This document shows, in pieces, positions 26,080 through 36,930 of a stretch of 64,000 bases of DNA; within the stretch, counting starts at the first letter, position 1, and each line of letters opens with the position of its first letter. Made by a program: the position numbers and the translations under genes. The notes under the pieces were generated by a model that saw nothing but the letters and a program-made list of their open reading frames with translations, was not told the DNA's origin and did not search any database. This stretch comes from Octopus bimaculoides (Eukaryota), in contig NC_069006.1 of the NCBI RefSeq assembly GCF_001194135.2, positions 17,783,036 through 17,847,035 of the forward strand, in the 5' to 3' direction.

Positions 26080-26385
26080 AGAGTCTTAGAGCTAGAGTCC
26101 TTGGGTACCACCTTGTCCATAGGGTCCTATCAGAAGCAATCATCATTAGACTCTTCAGCTGGATTCCCAAATGTGACCAACTGAGGCTATGGATATTATC
26201 TAACCATCTTGTTCTTGGTCTACCCCTAGGTCTCCTGCCACTTGGCTCATCTTGAAGAATTCATCTTGCAATTCTTTCCTGCTACATTCTAATCACATAT
26301 CCACAGTACCAGAACCGTGACCTCTCAAGTGCAAAGAAGTTAGCAGCTTGACCTGGAGAAACTCCCTGCTCTCTGAGCTATGCAT
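26080..26385 (-). mobile_element. RTE-clade LINE ORF2 3' end, decayed
   Basis: Minus-strand translation ...QERIAR*ILQDEPSGRRPRGRPRTRWLDNI... matches the G-R-R-P-R-G-R-P-x-x-R-W C-terminal signature of RTE elements. Contains in-frame stops. Confidence 0.8.
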
Positions 26386-27942
26386 CCTGTTATTATTTCC
26401 CCCCACCCTATTTAAAATACTATGTCAACTATTTAAATGAGCAATAAGCTGACTACACTGTTGCCCAGTTTAACAACACCACTACCTAGTCATGGGCTGT
26501 CTTTAAACAGAGTTCTTTCACTTTGTTGCTTGCTTTTGGACCAAACAGAACCTAGTTCCCTTCTTGACTATGTTACATAAAAGTTAGTTTAGCTTTTTAT
26601 ATTTTAAGTACCCTGTGCTCTTGTGTATTGTACATACCCCAGCTTCTCTTTTGCCACTCTACATATTCTGAGTGTAAGTCTTAGGTATGTTTCATGTAGC
26701 TTCTCCTTGTCTACTCTCTGTGTTCCGAGTCTTAGATCTGATTCTATAGGAAAAGCTTCTCTTTTGAGACTTTTCATGTTCTGTAAATCTTGGCTGTGAT
26801 TCTGTATAAGAGAGCATGTCTTCTTCATTCCCTTGTCCTGCTCTACGAAATAGAGTTCCATCCTATGAAATTTAGTGTAGCTGTTCTCCCAATTTGGTCC
26901 TGCCATGCTTTGATCTTTCTTTCCCTCTGGCTCCTAGCTTGACACCTGTCCTACCAGAAAACCTGAGGTAGACAAGCAACGACAAACAAATCTTAATCCT
27001 TCACTTGGTGTCATACTGTCTGACCCTTGGGTGTCTTTTGAGGAATTGCAAGCTTCCATTCCAGGTTTTTTTATATATTCTTCCCGACTAATCTTAGTGG
27101 CCCTGTAAAAGTCGCTTGCAGTGCTCTGTCTTCTGTTAATAAACTACAAAAGACGAAGAAGCACAAATTGTCAGATCAACTGTAATCAAAGTCAAACTGT
27201 TTTAGTGCTCCTGTGTGTTTAGTATGAGTTACTTGTTGTCCAATAATAATAATAATAATAATAATAACAACAACAACAACATTTCCTTTTATTGATTGGA
27301 ATGTTAATTTTAGCATTAAAGCCTGAAAGCTGTGGCTAATATATAATAAGAATTTTGCACCGAAACTCTATCGCCAAATTTATTGATTAGATCAAAGTTA
27401 TATATCTGCAATTAGGTTGCAATCTAACTGCCACCACTTCACCCTTACCCCTTCCACCTTTTCGCTGTTGCAAGCCGCGTCTGTTTAGCTGCGCCTGCTG
27501 CCACCTACAATATGTAATGATGATAAAGGAGCCATCAAGAGAGCTGGCAATTTCTGTGTGATTTATTGCGATGAATATTTTCATTTAGCACTTGCCTCCA
27601 GATAGCTGATACCTCTAGCATTAGTTACCTTGCCATGCACTTCTTCTTGCTATTTGATATTCAAACAGCTATGGGGGTTATTATTTTATTTATTCCCCGC
27701 TTCCGCACACACACACACACACACACTACACTCACACACACACACTCACACAGGCACACACACTTACTCATTTGTATTTCTTCTATTGCTATCGGGTGCT
27801 GTTTATGATATGATATCCTCTCAGTGTTTATTTCACCATATGTTATCTCTTCACTCTTATGTTGTGTGATACATCTTTTTTGGTTTATTTTATTAGTTTA
27901 TTTCATTTTCATTTCTTGCTCACAGCCATATGCACACACATG

Positions 27943-27998
<56 letters not shown>

Positions 27999-28140
27999 TC
28001 TGCACACTTTTATACATATACACATAGATACACACATACCTATATACATACATCTTTGTACACATACCATGCATGTGCATGAAAGCACACACACACATGT
28101 ATATGCATGCTTATGCGAACATATTTATATGTGTGTGTTG

Positions 28141-28176
<36 letters not shown>

Positions 28177-28292
28177 GTATATTCAGAAAGAGATAGAGGG
28201 AGGAAATGGTAAATTACCATATGAAATCCATTTTCTTCACTGCTAATCTATACTGTATCTGCTTTCTGTCTCTCGTGATCCGGTTAATATAA

Positions 28293-28327
<35 letters not shown>

Positions 28328-29477
28328 AATAATAATAATAATGATAATGTGTGTGTCTATGCATTTTCGGGGGATTTGTTTTTTTCCTGTCACAACACGC
28401 TATTGAATACATTGTGGCTTACTGCAAAGTTGAAAGGGTAAGCTGCTGTTCTATTGTATGCACATGAATATATGCAGCATGCACATGCGTGTTGCACAGA
28501 GATAACATACACAAGCATGTATTTATAAAGTAAATATGTGAAATGCACATGCAAGGATGCATGCATTTGTATACACACACATAAATGTATGTATGTGTAA
28601 ATGTGTCTGTGTTTATAAAAATGTGTATGTATATTGATGTGTGTGTGTGTGTGTGTGTGTTTTATTATATGTATAAACTTAGATATAACATGACTGTTAT
28701 GCTATTAGGAAGCTGTGAAGTAGAAAACTGGAACCATTATGAATCATAGGTGATATTATATGTTGAAGATACCCCCCCCCCNNNNNNNNNNCTATTTTTT
28801 TTGTGTGTGTCTCCATGGATGAGACTAGCAGCTGAATGAGGAGCTGATGGCTAGGGCTTTGCAACCTTGACCTGTCCATCAGGAAATGGACAGGGTATGG
28901 ATGATAGGGGTCACAGTAACATCCTGTCAAGTGAATCTTCAAAGTCTGATCTGATCTGATCTTCTCCACCCCCTACACACACACACACACATCTTCAGTG
29001 GAGTGGCTGAGTGGAACGGTGGATCACGGTGATGAATTAATTGCTATTGTAGTTTGTTCTGTTGAAATAGAGCAGATGCATGTCTAAGACCTTACACCAA
29101 CAACATCACCAGCAGCATCATCAACAACAAGACCATGGGCCCATACTTGATCACTGGATTTACTAGAAATAGCAGAATATCCTTATTACTATATAAAATG
29201 GGAAGTATACATTGGACAACCAGGTGTATAGGATATACAAAATGGCAGGATGGTCATAGCTGGAATACATTTGAACACAGGTGTACTCAGTTTGGACTGA
29301 CTCGTGGCTAAACAACTCTGTCAATGTTAGTCACTTTATGATGGTTATTACTATTATTATTTTGAAGGCAATGAGCTGGCAGAATTGCAGAATTTCCAAA
29401 ACTTCACACCTTGTGCCTGTAGTTGAAAGGATTATTATTATTATTATTATTATTATTTTTATTATCATCATCATCAT

Positions 29478-29850
29478 CATCTCCACCATAGCGAAGGCAG
29501 AGGTATTGTTTTCAGTCGTGTTTGTTTGTTTGTCTGTGGACAAGATATCTCAAGAACTGCTGGGTGGATTCAGATGAAACTTTCAGAGGTTGTTTGGCCT
29601 CATGACTGGCTCAAACTGATTAGATTTTGGGATCGATCTGATACCAGATAAGGATTCTGGATTATTTTTTTTCCTGTTTCTTTTACTTAATTTTTGAGAG
29701 CGGTCAGGTTCATTTTTAGTATTCTCGTTTGTGATGGCAGTCGAGTTTATTTCAGATATTCTCATTTTAGAAATCATCTCTGGTTAATCGTTGAAAGGAC
29801 ATTGGTGTTGCCTTGGTGGAGGTTTGCGCTCTTTGAATGCTCTTGATGTT
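29478..29850 (+). mobile_element. Helentron-associated non-autonomous element (HINE / DINE-1-like)
   Basis: 5' ctccaccatagc..., internal (GTTT/GTCT)n tract, GGATTC/GATC-rich middle, 3' gccttggtggaggt inverted repeat, short stem-loop, T-rich end. This is the standard HINE layout. Confidence 0.65.
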
Positions 29851-29864
29851 ATTATTATTTCTTC

Positions 29865-30520
29865 AGCATGCCGGGCAAAATGCTTAGCAGTATTTCACCT
29901 GTCCTTATATCCTACGTTCAAATTCCACCATGGTCCAGTTTCCCTTTCATCCTTTCAGAGTCAGTAAAGTACCAGTGAAACACTGGGGTCGATGTCATCA
30001 ACTAGACCCCTTCCCCGCAAAATTTCAGGCCTTGTGCCCATGGTGGAAAGGATAATTATTATTATTATGGTTGCAGGCTGGGAGAATTGTTAGCACACCA
30101 GATGACAGATGAAATGCTAAGTGGTATTTTCGTTCATCTTTAGGATCTGAGTTAAAATTCCGCCAAGGTTGAATTTGGACTTTTGTCCTTTCAGGGTCAA
30201 TATAATAGGTACTAGTTGAGCACTGAGACAGGGGGGGGGGTCAATGTAATCAACTTACCCACTGCCCTTGGGCCAAAATTTAAATTTATACTCTAAGTAG
30301 TGGTGGGAAGGCAACTTACTTTATTGGATCTCTGTTCTATGTTCAGATGCTGCCAAGGTTGACTTGGCCTTTCATCCTTTCAGGGTCAATCAATTAAGTA
30401 CCAGTTGAGTACTGGGGTTGATGTAGTCAACTAGCCCTCTCCGCCAAAATTTCAGACCTTATGCCTTTAGTAGAAAGGATTATTATTATTATTGTTATTA
30501 TTGAAAGCAGCAAGCTGGCA
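29865..30520 (+). mobile_element. SINE family B train of three copies plus a fragment
   Basis: Repeated family B units separated by (ATT)n tails. Confidence 0.75.
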
Positions 30521-30840
30521 GAATCTGGTGAGAATTGGTGATGGGAAGAGCGTCCAGTCATAGAAAATCTGCATTAATAAACTCTTTTGGACCGATGCAA
30601 GTGTGGAAAAGAAAAGTAGATGCTACATGATGATGATCATAATATTTATATTGGAGTTGGTACACTTCACTCTAACTTCTTCTGTGGAAAGCTTGTTGTT
30701 GTGTCTAGCCATGAGAAACCATAGCAGAAAATTATAGTCTGAGATATTCCAAGATTTCCAAAAGAAAGAAAGACAAAATTAATTCCAAACATTATTGAAT
30801 GACTCAGATTTTCAACAATTCAAAGCAATTTTTACTATTC

Positions 30841-30871
30841 TTTATTTTTCTTCTTCTCTTTTTAGGTAAGT
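30841..30871 (+). promoter_or_regulatory. Juxtaposed 3' and 5' splice sites (candidate recursive splice site)
   Basis: tttatttttcttcttctctttttag|gtaagt: long pyrimidine tract, AG at 30864-30865, consensus donor GTAAGT at 30866-30871. Confidence 0.5.
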
Positions 30872-31290
30872 TCAATAGTTGTAACAGACGTTGGGTGGAT
30901 ATTTTACCATGGCTAACTGAATGGAACCAGTACCAGGTTTGACGGTTCTTTTGTAAACTATTTTAGTGTGTTGTCATATATATATATGTGTGTCTGTGGC
31001 CTAGAGGTCTGAAACACAGACCTGGAAATACAAGATCACAAAAAGAATGACCCGGGTTTAGATCCTGCTGGAGACAGGATTTTGGAAAGCAGTAGGGACA
31101 CACGTAGGAGTTATGACCTGGATGGGCCTGGCTCCCATAGAGTACCAGGAATAAGGGCCAAAACACTTATTGGATGAGAGTTCTTCCACTGAAGATCTCT
31201 CCTGCTGTGTGCTTGCCTTACAGCAAGTTTCTGGTATATATATATATTTGGAAATGTGCTGTGCGTGAGAAGACCCGGCAAGCCAAGTAA

Positions 31291-31500
31291 GATCGTTGCC
31301 AGTGCCCCTGGACTGGTTCTTGTGCGGGTGGCACATGAGATGCACCATTTTGAGCGTGGCCGTTGCCAGTACTGCCTGACTGGCTCCTGTAGGATTTTCG
31401 AACGAGATCGTTGCCAGTGCCCCTGGACTGGCTTGTGCGGGTGGCACATAAAAGACACCATTTCGAGCGTGGCCGTTTTCGTGCGGGTGACACGTAAAAG
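31291..31500 (+). repeat. Internal tandem duplication inside the RTE-derived element
   Basis: gatcgttgccagtgcccctggactgg...gtgcgggtggcacat...caccattt.gagcgtggccgtt occurs twice (about 31291 and 31408), plus a partial third copy. Confidence 0.8.
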
Positions 31501-32820
31501 CACCCACTACACTCTCTGAGTGGTTGGCGTTAGGAAGGGCATCCAGCTGTAGAAACNNNNNNNNNNNNNNNNNNNNNNNNNNNNNNNNNNNNNNNNNNNN
31601 NNNNNNNNNNNNNNNNNNNNNNNNNNNNNNNNNNNNNNNNNNNNNNNNNNNNNNNNNNNNNNNNNNNNNNNNNNNNNNNNNNNNNNNNNNNNNNNNNNNN
31701 NNNNNNNNNNNNNNNNNNNNNNNNNNNNNNNNNNNNNNNNNNNNNNNNNNNNNNNNNNNNNNNNNNNNNNNNNNNNNNNNNNNNNNNNNNNNNNNNNNNN
31801 NNNNNNNNNNNNNNNNNNNNNNNNNNNNNNNNNNNNNNNNNNNNNNNNNNNNNNNNNNNNNNNNNNNNNNNNNNNNNNNNNNNNNNNNNNNNNNNNNNNN
31901 NNNNNNNNNNNNNNNNNNNNNNNNNNNNNNNNNNNNNNNNNNNNNNNNNNNNNNNNNNNNNNNNNNNNNNNNNNNNNNNNNNNNNNNNNNNNNNNNNNNN
32001 NNNNNNNNNNNNNNNNNNNNNNNNNNNNNNNNNNNNNNNNNNNNNNNNNNNNNNNNNNNNNNNNNNNNNNNNNNNNNNNNNNNNNNNNNNNNNNNNNNNN
32101 NNNNNNNNNNNNNNNNNNNNNNNNNNNNNNNNNNNNNNNNNNNNNNNNNNNNNNNNNNNNNNNNNNNNNNNNNNNNNNNNNNNNNNNNNNNNNNNNNNNN
32201 NNNNNNNNNNNNNNNNNNNNNNNNNNNNNNNNNNNNNNNNNNNNNNNNNNNNNNNNNNNNNNNNNNNNNNNNNNNNNNNNNNNNNNNNNNNNNNNNNNNN
32301 NNNNNNNNNNNNNNNNNNNNNNNNNNNNNNNNNNNNNNNNNNNNNNNNNNNNNNNNCTATATTTTGAATGAAGACTCCTTTTCACAACATCTTTCTAATG
32401 AAATGCACTGTTTATTTATTTCAATTAATTTTGAAAATAATCGAAAATTTGCAAAAATTTTGTAAAAAACAAAAAAACAAAACAAAAAAAAAAACAAAGG
32501 AAAAAACCATTTTTCCCTTGATTAAAGGCAGCATTTGGAATGGTTCATTTGTTCTTAGGTCTAATTTTTTGCAAGCTAGTATGGCTTTGATAAGAATTCT
32601 TGTGGTTATATTGATGATCTTCTTAATACCAACCCTTTCTTGTTTCCAAGTGAGGTACTTATTCTGCAGGCCTGTGCACATCGTTACTAAACTGCTAGAC
32701 ATATTACATGGAACATCAACAACACCACCACAGTCAAAACAATACCAGTGTAAGACATATACACACACAGACACACACACACACATACAGCATTCTGTAT
32801 ACCTTATTTAGCATGAATAA

Positions 32821-33004
32821 ACTATAGAAAGTCGCAAAACTGCAGTATTCATCATGAGAAAGCTTCTCGTGTAGATGTAGAGTGTTAAAAAATAAAAGTG
32901 TAGAAGTAGTAGTAGGTGACAAGAAGTGCTTTTTAGCACTATATGTTTGTCTATATGAGAAACTTTCTCAAGACAAAAACTGAAGTTTTGTGGCTTTCTA
33001 TAGT
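32821..33004. mobile_element. Hairpin MITE, same family as 57269-57560
   Basis: Arms actatagaaagtcgcaaaactgcagt... / ...aactgaagttttgtggctttctatagt. The blocks gagaaagc/tt(c)tc..tag and agtgctaaaaag are shared with the 57.3 kb copy. Confidence 0.6.
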
Positions 33005-33440
33005 ATATCCACATTAAGTGATATATACACAATGTTATTTTTACCCATTATTCTTAACCAATACTGTTTCCATCATTAATAACACATTTTTACTCAACAT
33101 GCCACATACATACACATAGACACACACACAAGCATATGTGTAGGTATGTAAATATATATATGTATGTATGTATGCATATATGTATGTGTATGTGCATGCA
33201 TACAGACGTGATGTGTGCTTTTTCCATCTCTCAAATTTCACTCCTACGATAATGGTCAGCCTGAGTCTTCAATTACAGTTTCTTGCCTAATTTGCCATGC
33301 ATTAGAAATGATCCCCAAACCACAAGGTTGCAAAGCAAAAGTCTTAGTCACACAACAATGAAATATATATATATATATATATACTGGTGAAACTCAGAGT
33401 AACGGTTTTTATGTTATATTTCTGCTGCTTTTAAATAAAG

Positions 33441-33472
<32 letters not shown>

Positions 33473-33802
33473 CATATATATATCATGTTGGAGCAAATTG
33501 ACCCCAGAGCTTATTCTTTGTAAGCGTCGTACTTATTCTGTCAGGGACGCAAACACACCAGCATCGGTTGTCAAGTGATGCTGGGGGGACAAACAGACAC
33601 ACAAACATATACACACATACATATATATATATATATATACACATATACGACAGGCTTCTTCCAGTTTCCGTTTACCAAATCCACTCACAAGGCTTTTGTC
33701 TGCCCAAGGCTATTGTAGAAACACTTGCCCAAGGTACCACGCAGTGGGACTGAACCTGGAACCATGTGGTTGGTAAGCAAGCTATTTACCACACAGCCAC
33801 TC

Positions 33803-34110
33803 GAAGAATTGGAAAATTCCACCTATTCCTGATTAACTTGTTGATATCTTTCCAACCTTATAATTTAAGGCCTTAGGAGGATAATTCTATTACCCTTTTT
33901 ACTTTTTACATTTTAGTTTCTGTGTTTTGTAACCTTCTGCGTTTTCTGTATGCTACCGTCTCACTTTTTCCGCGTTTCTTCTCTTATTCAATTGGTTAAA
34001 TTCATTATGATATGTGGTTTGTGCCTGATGAATATGTTTGAGATATTTCTCAACATATGAAACTATTAGTAACACTTAAAGACATGTATTGTGTCCTTTA
34101 AATAAATAAT
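33803..34110 (+). mobile_element. Probable Penelope-like element 3' end / pLTR remnant
   Basis: T-rich tract, then a hammerhead-like core (CTGATGA 34025-34031, GAAA 34059-34062), then AATAAA at 34101-34106. This order is typical of PLE termini. Confidence 0.45.
34016..34080 (+). ncRNA. Minimal type I hammerhead ribozyme-like motif (decayed)
   Basis: CTGATGA core; stem II atatgtt(t)gaga / tctcaacatat; GAAAC; 3-bp stem III; GTA cleavage triplet at 34069-34071; weak stem I with a C-A mismatch next to the core. Confidence 0.45.
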
Positions 34111-34607
34111 ATTTATCTCTCACCAGATGTAGTACTCTGTTGAATTTTCTATCAAAGAACAGTACATTATATATATATATATATAAAAGGTTTTACTTAG
34201 AATTAATCATGGAAATTTTTTTCTTTCTAATTAAATTATGAATACTTTCAAACAATTCATGCCCAGTTCTTTGTGTGAGCATATTTCTAATGAAGATACA
34301 GCATCTGTTTTGCAAGATGGGATTTAGTAAAATAACCCAGTTTTCTGTTATTTAAGATGTGTACTTGGCACCTAATTTAATAACGGTTTCTTTTACATAA
34401 GATTCTAATGGAAGGTTTTCATTTAAATATGAATACTTTCAAATGAGTTGTTGTTTTCTCTCATAGAAGCTTGAGTTGGAATCTCATGTGCGTTGTTATT
34501 AAGAGAGCTAATAGAGAGTTAGTTTTCGTTTTTAAATAAGAAAAAAAAATGGCGATTGTTTTAGTGTATATTTGTTGCAGTTTTTGGTAAAATTCCATTT
34601 ATATATA

Positions 34608-34814
34608 CTCTTTTACTTGTTTCAGTCATTTGACTGCGGCCATGCTGGAGCACCGCCTTTAGTTGAGCAAATCGACCCCAGGACTTATTCTTTGGAAGCC
34701 TAGTACTTGTTCTATCGGTCTCTTTTGCCGAACCACTAAGTTACGGGGACGTAAACACTCCAGCATCGGTTGTCAAGCGATGTTGGGGGGACAAACACAG
34801 ACACATAAACATAC

Positions 34815-34877
<63 letters not shown>

Positions 34878-35043
34878 TACGACAGGCTTCTTTCAGTTTC
34901 CGTCTACCAAATCCACTCACAAGGCTTTGGTCGGCCCGAGGTTATAGTGGAAGACACTTGCCCAAGGTGCTATGCAGTGGGAATGAACCCGGAACCATGT
35001 GGTTGGTAAGCAAGCTACTTACCACACAGCCACTCCTGCGCCT
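34608..35043 (-). mobile_element. SINE family A, young full-length copy
   Basis: Near-identical to 4024-4445, CpGs intact. Confidence 0.9.
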
Positions 35044-36499
35044 ATATATATATATCCAGCTGTAAAAACCATACCAAAGCAGACCTTGCCAGTGCTGGTG
35101 CCATGTAAAAAACACCCAGGCCACCCTGTAAAGTGGTTGGTGTGTTAGGAAGGGTATCCAGCTATAAAAACCATGCCTTAACTGACCTCTTTTATTCCAC
35201 TTGTTGCTACATGTCAAACTGCTGACTCAGTGTCAAAATATACAGTAACACATGTCATTGAGACACACAAGCTCTCACACTACAACAAGGGCCAGGCAAT
35301 GTAACCTTCATGTATGCTCTGTGCTCTCAGTGGAGTATAGGCCATTGACCACTTTCCTCACCGGTTTTTGACTCTCAGGCCTTGTTGGTTTCAAATTGTC
35401 ATTGACACTTTTGTAAGTTTCCTTTTTTCTCTAGGTAGGGATGTTGGCCCTAAGCAAACATTTTCTTTTTACCTCTGGGATGATGTGGTCTGCATTAATC
35501 TTGTCTCTTGATCTACTCAATGTAGCAGCTAACTGCAGGGGGAACTACACTACCTAGAAAGGGGGTTTCTGTGTTTTTTATTAATCCTCTCAGTAGCTGT
35601 TTAATTTGCATCAACAAAAATACTTCCTAAAGATTTTAAAATGAGGTTCCTATACTCTAAGTCATGCTTATTAGACATCGTCTGCCCAATAGAGTTGGCC
35701 CTCCACTGCTAGCAATATAAATTTCAAATTTTGGCACAAGACCAGCAATTCTGGGGAAGGGTGTAAGTCAGTTACATCAGCTTCAGTACTCAACTGATAT
35801 TTAGTTTATCAACCTTGAAAGGATGATCTTGGCAGAATATGAACTCAAAATACGAAGATGGATGAATTACTGCTAAGCATTTTGTTCAGCATGCTAATGA
35901 TTCTGCCAGCTTGTCACCTTACTACAAATATAAATTTAACATTTCATTCAATCAGCTGTCTTCATTTCTGTCTTGTAGTGGTGGCCACTCACCAAACACA
36001 AATTATTGCCCTACTCCGGTCTTCTCTGGATCACCTTAAAATGGGGTACAAAGTAACCAATTTTTATCTCAGTGTGTGTTTCTATCGATTGAGCATATAT
36101 ATACATCTGTATACATCATTCCAACAGTTGTTTATGGCCAAGATATTCTTTATAGGAAACCATTTCTTTTAAGAGCTTAACCTTTCACCGGTGGTAAATA
36201 TTAAATGTAATGTATATATTTACTGCGCATTGATAAGATGCACTCTATCACCGCAGCATCAGCATGTGAATGCGGACAGATAGTGCATTATTATAACAGC
36301 ATTGTAGAGTAGAGCTGAGTTGGTGGGTGTTGTTGTTGTTATTGAAATGCTCTAAAATATCAGCTGCTGTGCACCAGCAAGTGCAAAACTCCAGCGCATA
36401 TTGCATCTTGTTTGGCAAAGAGCAGAAGAAAAAAAACATATGAATTATAGAAAGAATTTGTGTTTTGATGTATTGCGTTGAAAATGGAGGGAGCAACCC

Positions 36500-36930
36500 T
36501 ACCCTCCACCAATCATCACAACCACCATGTTGCTTGTAACCTCAGCCAACAAAGTAACCCTTGCCTGATGTCTCGGGTTGCTAGAAATACCAGTAAAATC
36601 TCCTCAAACTACACTAACAGTCTTCGAAGCGGGTGCTTTGGTTAATGTATTCGAAATTCGCTATATGTGGTAAAAAGGCGAGATGGTCACAACTGGAATG
36701 CTTTTGATCTTAGATCATCTTGTACAGGGTTAAGCTGGGAGTTATACAACAATCTTGTTGCTTGACCTGCTTTCAAAGAATGGAGAAAAATTTCTTGCAA
36801 ATCAATCATAACATTGTTTTAAAAGGAGAAAAGCATGTTTAATGCAACCTTACTAAAAAGCTGTAAAGGTCATTGCCAGAATGCTGCTAATTGTAGATGC
36901 ATGTGCTTGGTCAAAATTGACCTGGGGCTA
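36500..36930. mobile_element. (CAA)n-tailed retroposon tail family (decayed fragments)
   Basis: Recurrent motifs ggctgctatttctagc and ggtcacRgctggaatg...tttgatc. Other fragments near 15350, 25750, 37340, 38130, 41730, 45250, 46720, 54080, 57790 and 63480. Confidence 0.55.
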
